Positions 50,874 to 60,091 of a stretch of 64,000 nt of DNA are shown in pieces. The stretch lies in IMG/VR virus record IMGVR_UViG_3300035506_000303, one strand, 5' to 3'. Positions within the stretch are counted from its first letter, which is position 1. Every line of letters starts with the position of its first letter. The position numbers and the translations under genes are program-made. The DNA comes from a virus. Under the pieces are notes generated by a model. That model saw only the letters and a list, made by a program, of their open reading frames with translations, made no database searches and was not told the origin of the DNA.

Positions 50874-50911
50874 AAAAAACAAGCATTTTGCTATCAAAAT
50901 GCTTGTTTTTT
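50874..50911. terminator. Intrinsic terminator (symmetric)
   Basis: AAAAAACAAGCATTTTG-CTAT-CAAAATGCTTGTTTTTT. Confidence 0.85.
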
Positions 50912-50919
50912 GAAGTGTT

Positions 50920-52401
50920 TTAGTCATCGAGCATGTCTAAATATGGATTTTTTTGTTTTTGTTCTTCTTTTTTCTTTGATAGTATGGACTGAAAATCAGA
51001 GGAGATTTCTGTATCTCTAGCTGATGTGCTTCTACCTGATACCCGATGCACTTCTCTTATTTCTCTTCGAGGAACGGATGCAGACGATGTGGATTTTACG
51101 GTTGCAAGCTGCTCTTCATCAGCAGCATTGTCTGCGTATCTTTGTCTGCGACTTAATGTACTTGTTGTTCCCTTACTTGTATAACGGTCTTCCTCTTGCT
51201 TTTTCTCTGCTTCAATTTTTTCCATTGCAGCATTCAGTTCCGCCTCATATTTATCTGGCTCTTTCTCTGCTTCAGATTCAGTGCCACTTGCATTTTGCAT
51301 AGCTTTGAACTGCTTGAAAGCAAGGAACTCTGCATAATCCGGGTCACTGGCGAAAGCGGATTCTGCTGGTTCGCTAGTGGCTGCAACAGGAGTTACAGAT
51401 TCAGATGGTTCTGCAACTGTTTCTTCGGTAAGAATTGTAGCATGGGCGGGCATAGTATACATATTCGTAACTTGTTCCTGAACTGGTACAGTTGCACCAA
51501 GTTGCCCAGTTACTTCATATGTAGGTTCCATATCTGCAAATGTTGGCATAGTTTGCATAGTGGCAAACAAATCTTGTGTGGCTGGGCCATATTGGTCATA
51601 ATTGCTTGCTACAAATGTTTGTTGTACAGGTTGTGCAACAAGTTCTGGCTGAGCATTCGACACAAATGTCGGCTGGTCATAAATTTGTGTGTCTGTATTC
51701 GTGTATGTAACCATTTCTGGCTGAACCTGTGGTGGTGCTTCATCTAGGCACACAGTCTGCGGATACGGTTCCATTGTCTGTGCTGCCATATATGGTGCAG
51801 TTTGTGGCATTACATATTGCTGCTGTGGGTCAAATTGCAAATCTTGTGTGCTAGGATTGTACGTATCTTGCCCAAATAAGCCTGTTTCTGCATAGTACGT
51901 ACCTGTGGCTACGCCCATTTCCTTTAAGGTCTTAGCTCCTCGCATATAAATCGTGTTTGGTGCATACCCTAACAAGCATATAATCAGATAATTGATTCCA
52001 GGGATATATGCAGCGATACGATAGATAATGTTCTTTCCAAAACCCTCCGTTGCCTTAGATACTGCGGAAGCTTCAAGAATGTAAATCACAAATGAAATGG
52101 AAATGCTTGCTTTTAACAAACTATATGTATGTTGGGAGTATGCGGCTGCTATACATCCGAATGATGCAATATAGCAGAGCAAAATAATAAATGCAAACAT
52201 CAAGTCGTATACAGCATGTGCCAATGTAAAACTGTTCGCAATTGGAATAATAGCTAGAATGCTATGCAATCCCATTTTGTGATACATCTTCATACGGGCA
52301 ACTAGAACAACGATGGCTAACAGCAAGACTAAATAAATCAGAGGATTGGCAAGATTCGATGTTACATAGCTGCTAATTTGAGTTAGTAATGAGATGAGCA
52401 T
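50920..52401 (-). CDS. DUF5684-like membrane protein with long Q/T/P-rich tail
   Basis: YHKMGLHSILAIIPIAN motif, several TMs, FGKN..., low-complexity C-terminus. Confidence 0.7.
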   Translation of the reverse strand: MLISLLTQISSYVTSNLANPLIYLVLLLAIVVLVARMKMYHKMGLHSILAIIPIANSFTLAHAVYDLMFAFIILLCYIASFGCIAAAYSQHTYSLLKASISISFVIYILEASAVSKATEGFGKNIIYRIAAYIPGINYLIICLLGYAPNTIYMRGAKTLKEMGVATGTYYAETGLFGQDTYNPSTQDLQFDPQQQYVMPQTAPYMAAQTMEPYPQTVCLDEAPPQVQPEMVTYTNTDTQIYDQPTFVSNAQPELVAQPVQQTFVASNYDQYGPATQDLFATMQTMPTFADMEPTYEVTGQLGATVPVQEQVTNMYTMPAHATILTEETVAEPSESVTPVAATSEPAESAFASDPDYAEFLAFKQFKAMQNASGTESEAEKEPDKYEAELNAAMEKIEAEKKQEEDRYTSKGTTSTLSRRQRYADNAADEEQLATVKSTSSASVPRREIREVHRVSGRSTSARDTEISSDFQSILSKKKEEQKQKNPYLDMLDD

Positions 52402-52405
52402 AATA

Positions 52406-52645
52406 CTAACCTGCTAGATATAAATAACCATAGGAGAAAAGCAATTCACATCCAGCCATAAATGCCATGAACAATCCAGTAAATACGAATACTTGTAGCA
52501 CATTCTTCGTCAGAGTACCAATCGTTGGATATTCAATATTTGTCCATTCTTTCAGTACTGCTTTCGGAGAATACAAATGCTCCTGTTTCACTTTTTTAGG
52601 CTTCTGTTGCTTAGGTTCTTTCGTTTTTTTCTCTTTTTTCAACAT
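52406..52645 (-). CDS. secE: Preprotein translocase subunit SecE-like
   Basis: KAVLKEWTNIEYPT matches the SecE E..KV.WP motif, followed by a single TM. Confidence 0.75.
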   Translation of the reverse strand: MLKKEKKTKEPKQQKPKKVKQEHLYSPKAVLKEWTNIEYPTIGTLTKNVLQVFVFTGLFMAFMAGCELLFSYGYLYLAG

Positions 52646-52723
52646 TAGTCCCTTCTTTCTTTTCTTTCTTTGCTTTGTGCATTATATACCTATTTTGACA
52701 AAGTTTCGGGATACATGTCGAAA

Positions 52724-54886
52724 TTAGAGGTGCAGTACCCTCTCTTTAATTTCTTGTGTACGACCCTGATTCCAGAACTGACTGCCAATATATCCACAAG
52801 TTCTTCGAGCGACATTCATCTTGGACTGGTCTTTGTTGCCACAATTTGGACATACCCAAATCAGCTTGCCATTTTCATCTGTCTGAATCTCAATCTCGCC
52901 TGTGTATCCGCAACATTGGCAATAATCGGACTTCGTATTCAGCTCTGCATACATAATTGTATCATAAATATGCTTAATAACAGCTAGAACTGCTGGTATA
53001 TTATTCTGCATATTCGGTACTTCTACATAGCTGATTGCTCCACCCGGACTTAATCGCTGGAACTCACTCTCCAAAGTAAGTTTTTCAAAAGCATTGATTT
53101 CTTCGGTTACATGCACATGATAAGAGTTTGTAATATAGTTCTTATCTGTTACATGCGGGATAATGCCCCATCTTTCTTTCAGTTTGGTAGCAAATTTATA
53201 TGTAGTAGATTCCATTGGTGTACCATATAAGGAATAATCAATGTTTTCCAAGGCTTTCCATTCAGCACACTTGTCATTCAGTTTCTGCATTACTCTTAAT
53301 GCAAATTCTTTTCCTTCTGGTGTTGTATGGCTGCAACCTTTCATTCGCCAAGTCATCTCTGCTACACCTGCATACCCTAATGAAATGGTTGAATACCCTC
53401 CATGCAATAATTCATCAATCTTCTGCCCTTTTTCTAAACGAGCAATTGCTCCATACTGCCAAAGAATTGGTGCTACATCGGATGGTGTTCCTTCTAGTTT
53501 TTCATGTCGCATTTTCAATGCTTTATGACATAATTCTAACCTATTTTCTAATAATTGCCAAAAAGTTTTTTCATCGCCTAAAGATGCACATGCTACATCT
53601 ACTAAGTTGATTGTTACAACTCCTTGATTAAATCTTCCGTAGTATTTTGCTTTGCCATTTTTATCTACATACGGTGTTAAGAAAGAACGGCATCCCATAC
53701 ATGGGTAGCATTGTCCTGTCCCATTCTGGTCGATTTTCAGCTTCTTCATAATCTTTTCAGAAATATAATCTGGAACCATTCTCTTAGCAGTACATTGTGC
53801 AGCTAATACCGTTAAATACCAATAAGGACTATCTTCGTGAATATTATCTTCTTCTAATACATAGAGCAATTTAGGGAATGCTGGTGTAATCCAATGGCCT
53901 GTCTCATTCTTCACACCTTGCATTCTTTGCACAAGAATTTCTTCAATAATCATTGCAAGGTCTGCTTTTGTCTGCGGGTCATCTACTTCACCTAAATACA
54001 TATTAATAGATACAAATGGTGTCTGTCCGTTTGTTGTAAGGAGTGTTAAAATCTGATACTGAATCACTTGGCAGCCTTTTTCTACTTCTCTCTTTAATCT
54101 GGATTCTGTGATTTCATTAATTTTGGCTTCTTTATCTGGGAAGGTGATACCCTCTAATTCTTTTGTTACGGCTTTCTTGATTGCCTGACGGCTGATGTCT
54201 ACAAATGGTGCTAAGGCTGACAAACTGATTGTCTGACCACCATACTGGTTGCTGGCTACTTGTGCAATTATCTGTGTTGTAATCGTACATGCTGTTGTGA
54301 AGGAATGCGGTTTCTCAATCTTTGTGCCACTAATGACTGTTCCATTTTGCAGCATATCATCCAAGTTAATCAGACAGCAATTGTACATAGACTGTGCATA
54401 GTAATCTGTATCATGGAAGTGAATAATACCCTCGTCATGTGCTTTCACAATGTCTTCCGTTAAGAAAACCCTACGGGTTAAATCTTTTGATACTTCACCA
54501 GCCATGTAATCTCGCTGAGTGGAATTGATAACAACATTCTTGTTCGAGTTTTCTTCCCGCATCGTTTCGTTGGTGCGAGCTAACAATGACATAATCTGGT
54601 CATCTGTGGTGTTCGCTTTTCTTTCTAATGCTCGCTCATAACGGTAAGTGATGTAATCCTTAGATACTTCATAATAGCCTGTTCGCATCAATTCTTGTTC
54701 AACAAAATCTTGAATCATCTCTACTTGGGCTGGAACACCAAGTTCGGCACAGCGGATTTCTACAAGTTCAGCTACTCGCTCAATTACCCCCACGGGCATT
54801 CTGCCTGTGGCTGCTCTGCTGACTGCATCTTGAATCTTGGTGCGGTTAAATTCTACTTGCTCGCCATTTCGCTTAACTACATACAT
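52724..54886 (-). CDS. nrdD: Anaerobic (class III) ribonucleoside-triphosphate reductase with ATP cone
   Basis: VVKRNG ATP cone, ENSNK, HFHD, YNCCL, MGCRS, GRFNQGVVTINL, YITNSYH, CQCC/CPNC Zn site, RRTCGYIG glycyl-radical motif. Confidence 0.97.
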   Translation of the reverse strand: MYVVKRNGEQVEFNRTKIQDAVSRAATGRMPVGVIERVAELVEIRCAELGVPAQVEMIQDFVEQELMRTGYYEVSKDYITYRYERALERKANTTDDQIMSLLARTNETMREENSNKNVVINSTQRDYMAGEVSKDLTRRVFLTEDIVKAHDEGIIHFHDTDYYAQSMYNCCLINLDDMLQNGTVISGTKIEKPHSFTTACTITTQIIAQVASNQYGGQTISLSALAPFVDISRQAIKKAVTKELEGITFPDKEAKINEITESRLKREVEKGCQVIQYQILTLLTTNGQTPFVSINMYLGEVDDPQTKADLAMIIEEILVQRMQGVKNETGHWITPAFPKLLYVLEEDNIHEDSPYWYLTVLAAQCTAKRMVPDYISEKIMKKLKIDQNGTGQCYPCMGCRSFLTPYVDKNGKAKYYGRFNQGVVTINLVDVACASLGDEKTFWQLLENRLELCHKALKMRHEKLEGTPSDVAPILWQYGAIARLEKGQKIDELLHGGYSTISLGYAGVAEMTWRMKGCSHTTPEGKEFALRVMQKLNDKCAEWKALENIDYSLYGTPMESTTYKFATKLKERWGIIPHVTDKNYITNSYHVHVTEEINAFEKLTLESEFQRLSPGGAISYVEVPNMQNNIPAVLAVIKHIYDTIMYAELNTKSDYCQCCGYTGEIEIQTDENGKLIWVCPNCGNKDQSKMNVARRTCGYIGSQFWNQGRTQEIKERVLHL

Positions 54887-54974
54887 ATAATATAAAACCT
54901 CCTCTTATTAGTTATTAGTGTTGAAATAAAAATTAGTGCCAGTTTTGAATTAAATAAGATAGACTACTGGCAAT

Positions 54975-55006
54975 AAAAAGCCTTGGGGTCTTTAGGTTCC
55001 AAGGCT
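54975..55006 (-). terminator. Terminator-like hairpin in the nrdD leader (possible attenuator)
   Basis: AGCCTTGG...CCAAGGCT followed by TTTT on the minus strand, ~90 nt before the nrdD start. Confidence 0.6.
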
Positions 55007-55166
55007 GCTACCTCTTATAAAAATTTTCTCGGCTCGAAAAGTCTGACCCAATATAAATCTTCATACACCTCAAGTATATGTTAATTGTGCTTATAAACCA
55101 AAAAATCAAGAGGTATATGTGCTTCTATGTATGTAAAAGAATGGAACAAATTGGAATATGCTATGC

Positions 55167-55197
55167 AAAAAACCATGCATGAAACTGCATGGTTTTT
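55167..55197. terminator. Intrinsic terminator (symmetric)
   Basis: AAAAACCATGCA-loop-TGCATGGTTTTT. Confidence 0.8.
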
Positions 55198-55204
55198 GGT
55201 TTAA

Positions 55205-55657
55205 TTATTCACTCAAAGCATTTACTACTGTTTTATCGCCTGCACGAGTTAATACCGTAACGTCTTCACTAAAGCCTGTTTTTAAATCTTCATCTTTTGA
55301 ATCTACGGTAAAACCTGAATCATTGATAGTTATATTGAACTCTACATCTTTACTCTTTCCTGTTGTCCATTTGACTGTTGCTGTAATAATATAAGTATCT
55401 TCGCTATCGCCTGCTATGACCGTTTTTACATCAATTCGTTTCAAACTATTATAATTGCAGGCAACAATAGATGCTAATGCTAAATCATTGCTTGTATCTT
55501 CTACATACGGAATGGTTTCTTCTTCCTGTGTTCCAAAAGATAAACTTAGCGGATTTGCTCGAAAATACCCGTATAATCCACAGAATAATGCAACAACAAA
55601 AATAACAGAAAACACAACAATAAGTGTGTGAATTAGTTTCTTATGCTTCATGTTCAA
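55205..55657 (-). CDS. Single-TM hypothetical exported protein (150 aa)
   Basis: KHKK followed by a hydrophobic stretch; overlaps the upstream gene end. Confidence 0.7.
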   Translation of the reverse strand: MNMKHKKLIHTLIVVFSVIFVVALFCGLYGYFRANPLSLSFGTQEEETIPYVEDTSNDLALASIVACNYNSLKRIDVKTVIAGDSEDTYIITATVKWTTGKSKDVEFNITINDSGFTVDSKDEDLKTGFSEDVTVLTRAGDKTVVNALSE

Positions 55658-56567
55658 CTACTTCTGGTTCGGTTGCTTCTTCCATGGTATCAGGTTCTTC
55701 TGCGGGCATTGTAATTGTTTCTGGCTCACTTGCTTCTGTTCGGGAGTCAGGTTTGGCTTCTTCTACGGTGTTTTCTACAGCTGGTTCTTCTTCGGCTGGC
55801 TGCTTAGGGGCTTCATTGTTTTCTTCACCGAGAACGGAATCTTCTGCAAGGGTTGGGAATACAACTTCATCATCTTTTGCTACGGCAACTTCTACAATTG
55901 CATCTTTAACAAGATTAACGGCTTCCTCTTTTTCAACTTTCTCCGCTTTTTCTCTTGCCCTGTACTCTTGCACTTCCTGATATAATTTTTTGTAATCTTC
56001 CATAAATTCAGTTACAGTTTCATCTAATTTGTTCCAAGACTCTTCTAAGTGCTTATTGGCAGCATCACAACTTTTAATCAGTTCGTCAACGTCTGTGTTC
56101 AGAAGTACTGTATCTCCGCCTTCAAGATATACTTCCCCAGAATATACATAACGGGCATCATTGGATAAAATCCACATAACAAATACTTCTGTAATAGGTA
56201 ATGCAAACCCAAATGCACACATAATGAAATCTTTTACACCGAATCGTTTTGTAAGTTCCATACCTACTGTGAAACGAACAGCAAAGAAACCTACAAAAAT
56301 CAGAATCAATACCAATTCTGCTAAAACTGCTACTGCGAAATGTGATTGTAAATAATAATCAAAATTAAATACAAGGAATACAAACAAATACAAAGCAACG
56401 ATAAGACCTAATAAGTAATAGAAATGCTTACGTTTACCAAGTTCATTATACAACGTGTATGTACCATAAAACGGTACATAACTTTGCCAGTTTTCCATAC
56501 ACATACTTCGCATCATACAACTACGAGCCATAGCTGCTATAATGATATAGAGTAATAAAATGCACAT
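55641..56567 (-). CDS. DUF5684-like membrane protein with acidic E/P-rich tail
   Basis: RSMCMENWQSYVPFYGTY motif, TMs, RFGV, acidic C-terminus. Confidence 0.7.
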   Translation of the reverse strand: MCILLLYIIIAAMARSCMMRSMCMENWQSYVPFYGTYTLYNELGKRKHFYYLLGLIVALYLFVFLVFNFDYYLQSHFAVAVLAELVLILIFVGFFAVRFTVGMELTKRFGVKDFIMCAFGFALPITEVFVMWILSNDARYVYSGEVYLEGGDTVLLNTDVDELIKSCDAANKHLEESWNKLDETVTEFMEDYKKLYQEVQEYRAREKAEKVEKEEAVNLVKDAIVEVAVAKDDEVVFPTLAEDSVLGEENNEAPKQPAEEEPAVENTVEEAKPDSRTEASEPETITMPAEEPDTMEEATEPEVVEHEA

Positions 56568-56588
56568 TCTTTAAGTGCCTCCTTTTCT

Positions 56589-56623
56589 AAAAAGAGCAAG
56601 GATATTTTTGGAAAACCTTGCTC
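56589..56623 (-). terminator. Probable intrinsic terminator
   Basis: GAGCAAGG...CCTTGCTC stem with T-run on the minus strand. Confidence 0.55.
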
Positions 56624-56657
56624 ATACTTTTACATTACTAATAGTGTATTTCTTAAA

Positions 56658-57245
56658 TTATTTGTTTGGTTGCTCTTTTTTGCTTAATGCTAAAATACCG
56701 AAACCAATGACCGGAATTAGAACCAAAAGAACAGTAAACCAGCCTGAATGATTAAATTTGTGTGAAACACCGTTGAATACTTTGATTTCAAATACAACGG
56801 CTGCAATCAGTGCTACAACTAATACAAGGGCTAATACTAGTGTGAGAATACCGCCACCGCCTGCTACTGCGGAAGAATCTGATGTGAATAAAGACAAGAA
56901 AGCTACGCCACCTACTACAAATAATAAAATTACAGAGAGGAAAGCAATAATAGTTGCCCAAACATAATTCTTACCAGCTTTCTTTCTGTCTCCAGCTACG
57001 CCCATGGCATATACATTGTAAACAGGAATAATTGCTTTCCACCAGGCCTGACCTAATTTAGCAAACGTCATTGCCATGAAAACAATTTCTAAAATGGAAA
57101 TCACCATACCAATTCGACTTCCGCTTTGGAAACCACTTAAGAAACTGGACGCACTATCGTCATAATAATCAAAAGAATCGTACATATTATACCTTTCGCT
57201 TAACTTATAAGCGAGCCTTTCTATGAGGATTTGCACCTCAATCAT
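56658..57245 (-). CDS. DUF5684-like membrane protein (true start probably the internal MYDSF)
   Basis: FAKLGQAWWKAIIPVYNVY and KFNHSGWFTVLLVLIPVIGFGILA. Confidence 0.8.
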   Translation of the reverse strand: MIEVQILIERLAYKLSERYNMYDSFDYYDDSASSFLSGFQSGSRIGMVISILEIVFMAMTFAKLGQAWWKAIIPVYNVYAMGVAGDRKKAGKNYVWATIIAFLSVILLFVVGGVAFLSLFTSDSSAVAGGGGILTLVLALVLVVALIAAVVFEIKVFNGVSHKFNHSGWFTVLLVLIPVIGFGILALSKKEQPNK

Positions 57246-57439
57246 AATGCAATAGCTGTTTTTCTATTTTTTTCTGGACATAATATAAAATTTGTAAACA
57301 TTGTGGTGAAATATGTGAAATTAGGAATATACTTTTGCATTAGAAAAAATAGAATTCTTATCTTTAAAAGAAGAAGTAGAGTATAATAAAGGAAAGGAAG
57401 CGAAAGCGGAAGTGAAAAGCGAAAGGAAGTGCAATTTAT

Positions 57440-58243
57440 ATGAGTTATAATACAGCTTTTCTACGAAATACCCAGAATAAACAATGTATTGCTCAACTGG
57501 GGAAATATTATGTCATGCAATATAAAAGAGATTTGAGTGTTGCTCCTGGTATGGCTATGCAGGAATATTTTGCTTCGGCAATGAATGTGTGCAAACGACA
57601 AGTTGCAATTGAACTTGGCGGTGGTAATGGTACTATCATTCAGGCTGGTGCAATGCAATGGATGCTGGGTGATGTTGAAGCAAGTACCAATGTGAAGGGA
57701 CTTGGAGATTTGATTGGAAAAAGTCTTAGCAGCAGAGTTACGGGTGAAACGGCTATCAAGCCTAGATACACTAGCCGAAACGGTGGCTTGCTGGTGCTTG
57801 AACCTACCTATAAACATATTCTGCTCTTAGATGTCGGACAATGGCGAGAAGGATTGACGATTGAAGATGGTCTATTCCTTGCTTGTGATGATACGATTCA
57901 GTTACAGACAGTTTCCCGCAGAACCTTATCTTCTGCTGCTCTTGGCGGAGAAGGTCTGTTCAATACAAACTTAGTGGGAAAAGGTATCGCAGTTTTGGAA
58001 AGTTATGTGCCTATGGAAGAACTGGTGGAAGTCGAATTGCAGAACGATACCATTAAGATTGACGGAAACTTTGCGATTGCATGGTCTCGCTCTTTGGATT
58101 TTACCGTGGAACGAACCACAAAAACTTTGATTGGCTCGGCTGCGAGTGGTGAGGGTTTTGTCAATGTGTACCGTGGTACAGGCAGAATTCTTATGGCACC
58201 GTTGGCAACCTATCAAGGCGGAATATTAGAACGAAAAAATTAA
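57440..58243 (+). CDS. AIM24 / TIGR00266-family protein
   Basis: IQAGAMQWM, VTGETA, DGLFLAC, LGGEGLFN, IDGNFAIAW, SGEGFVNVYRGTGRILMAP. Confidence 0.88.
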   Translation: MSYNTAFLRNTQNKQCIAQLGKYYVMQYKRDLSVAPGMAMQEYFASAMNVCKRQVAIELGGGNGTIIQAGAMQWMLGDVEASTNVKGLGDLIGKSLSSRVTGETAIKPRYTSRNGGLLVLEPTYKHILLLDVGQWREGLTIEDGLFLACDDTIQLQTVSRRTLSSAALGGEGLFNTNLVGKGIAVLESYVPMEELVEVELQNDTIKIDGNFAIAWSRSLDFTVERTTKTLIGSAASGEGFVNVYRGTGRILMAPLATYQGGILERKN

Positions 58244-58244
58244 A

Positions 58245-58279
58245 AAAATCAGAGATTTCTGCAAGAAATCTCTGATTTT
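58245..58279. terminator. Bidirectional terminator between convergent genes
   Basis: AAAATCAGAGATTTCT-GCA-AGAAATCTCTGATTTT. Confidence 0.85.
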
Positions 58280-58283
58280 ATTT

Positions 58284-59372
58284 TTAATATCGTCCGTTGT
58301 TATAGCCGTTGCCTGAGTTGTTATAACCGTTGCTAGAATTGTTGTAGCCGTAGCTGCTGGAATTATTGTTGTAATTACTTGAATTATTAGAACTATATCC
58401 GTTAGAATTGCTAGCACTACGGGAACTGTTTGAATTGTAATTGCTACTTGAACTATTGGAATTATAACCATTGGAACTGCCTGAATTATAACCATTGGAA
58501 CTGCCTGAATTATAACCATTAGAATTAGAGTTGCGGTTGTAATCATTATAACCATTGGAATTCGAGTTGCGGTTGTAATCGTTGTAACCATTGGAATTCG
58601 AGTTGCGGTTGTAATCGTTGTAACCATTGGAATTCGAGTTGCGGTTGTAATCATTGTAACCATTGGAATTCGAGTTGCGGTTGTAATCATTGTAACCATT
58701 GGAATTCGAGTTGCGGTTGTAATCGTTGTAACCATTGGAATTCGAGTTGCGGTTGTAATCGTTGTAACCATTGGAATTCGAGTTGCGGTTGTAATCGCTG
58801 TAACCATTGGAATTGGAATTAGAATTGCGGTTGTAGTCATTGTAACCATTATCGTTTGGATAATACTGACCCTCATGCAAACCGCCTGTATAGCCTTGAT
58901 TGTTAGACTTACCCTTAGATTCAAATGCTAGTACACCAAAACCAACAACTGGAATACACAGTAAAATAATTGCATAAATAGGTTCTTTTCCAAAGAAAGC
59001 AGCCATTTCTTTATATAACTTATAGGAATATACTGCACTCATAACGGCTGCAATCATAGCTGCAATTAGTGCCACAATAGCAATCAAGGTCTTGCCTGAC
59101 AATAAATCACTAACGTCTGCACCATAAACAATCATATAGCCAATACTTGCTACCATACTTCCCATTAAAACTGTTGCAAGAACCATACAACCAGCCGCTA
59201 CTGCTTGTGCAATACAAAGATTCTTTCCTAAATCTTTTCGGTTTAATCTTTCGCCCAACTTGAGATAATTGTAGAACGGAATAATAGCAACATACCATTC
59301 CAGTCCCATTCTTTGATACGTCATAGCCATAAAAACAATTTGGGCGATATACACCAAAGTAAAAATACTCAT
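58284..59372 (-). CDS. DUF5684-like membrane protein with N/Y/S-rich repeat tail
   Basis: YQRMGLEWYVAIIPFYNY, FFGKE...LLCIPVVGFGVLAF; paralog of 56658..57245; NGYNDYNRNSNS x9. Confidence 0.8.
   Translation of the reverse strand: MSIFTLVYIAQIVFMAMTYQRMGLEWYVAIIPFYNYLKLGERLNRKDLGKNLCIAQAVAAGCMVLATVLMGSMVASIGYMIVYGADVSDLLSGKTLIAIVALIAAMIAAVMSAVYSYKLYKEMAAFFGKEPIYAIILLCIPVVGFGVLAFESKGKSNNQGYTGGLHEGQYYPNDNGYNDYNRNSNSNSNGYSDYNRNSNSNGYNDYNRNSNSNGYNDYNRNSNSNGYNDYNRNSNSNGYNDYNRNSNSNGYNDYNRNSNSNGYNDYNRNSNSNGYNDYNRNSNSNGYNSGSSNGYNSGSSNGYNSNSSSSNYNSNSSRSASNSNGYSSNNSSNYNNNSSSYGYNNSSNGYNNSGNGYNNGRY
58513..58850. repeat. Coding 36-bp tandem repeat, 9 copies (NGYNDYNRNSNS)
   Basis: Unit TAACCATTGGAATTCGAGTTGCGGTTGTAATCGTTG, contiguous, no spacers. 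Confidence 0.92.
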
Positions 59373-59515
59373 GTTAAAATTTTCCTTTCTAACTTTCTAA
59401 ATTTTGACTTCTGTTTCTTATATTGATTTCCTAAAATTTTAATTGTATACCATTGATAAAAATGTATATTTTTTAAGTTTCAATATAGAAAAGGTTAGAG
59501 AAGAATGTATTCTTC

Positions 59516-60061
59516 CTAATCTTCAGTATAAATCTTAGATACATCTTTTGCATTATGCTCTTTTGCTTTACGAGAGGCATCAAAAGCCGCTGCTTCGTCA
59601 TACCCTGGCATGAGTTCCTGCATGAGTTGTTGTCTTTCAGATTCAGGAATAATACGGATTACTCGTATTGCTCCTGTGATTACCCAGACTCCACCATTGT
59701 TTTCACGGAATTTATAATAGCCATGTACTGGTAAAGTATCAGGCAGATAATGTTTTGGATTTTGGTCGGCTAATTCCTGATATGAATAGGTTGTTTCATA
59801 CTCAACTAAGCACCAAACACGATGCCCGTGTTTGAATCTGGAACGATAACACCCTTTTCTAGTTCCGTTTAAGGCTTTGAGCCAAGGAGCATCTGGGAAA
59901 GTTCCTACATGCCAACCGGGGCGAACCGCATAACCATTTGTCGGATAACACCCAGCTTCAATCCATTCATTAAAAGGAATTGGTGTTGATTTATCAATAA
60001 AAAGAGGGTATAGCATACCCTCTTTCTCTTCAAATAATTTGAAACCGTATGCTGTGGACAT
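59516..60061 (-). CDS. Hypothetical protein (181 aa) with RPGWH motif
   Basis: ORF with GAGGTG RBS; LYPLFI and RPGWH motifs; function unknown. Confidence 0.75.
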   Translation of the reverse strand: MSTAYGFKLFEEKEGMLYPLFIDKSTPIPFNEWIEAGCYPTNGYAVRPGWHVGTFPDAPWLKALNGTRKGCYRSRFKHGHRVWCLVEYETTYSYQELADQNPKHYLPDTLPVHGYYKFRENNGGVWVITGAIRVIRIIPESERQQLMQELMPGYDEAAAFDASRKAKEHNAKDVSKIYTED

Positions 60062-60091
60062 AATTGAATCACCTCACAACATATAGCTTAT

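Noticed and set aside
37530..54973. Shared 11-mer TTGCCAGTAGT in the inverted-repeat island (37530, plus) and the nrdD leader (54963-54973, minus)
   Set aside because: Single short match with no flanking similarity; compatible with chance
54890..55165. Cobalamin or ZTP riboswitch, or NrdR boxes, upstream of nrdD
   Set aside because: No B12-box, pfl consensus or convincing NrdR palindrome visible by eye
58513..58850. 36-bp repeats as a CRISPR array
   Set aside because: Units are contiguous with no unique spacers, in frame within a CDS, and no cas genes are nearby
14980..59485. Shared TTGAAACTTA upstream of 11347..14895 and 58284..59372 as an element-specific promoter
   Set aside because: Only two AT-rich instances and no consistent -10 spacing
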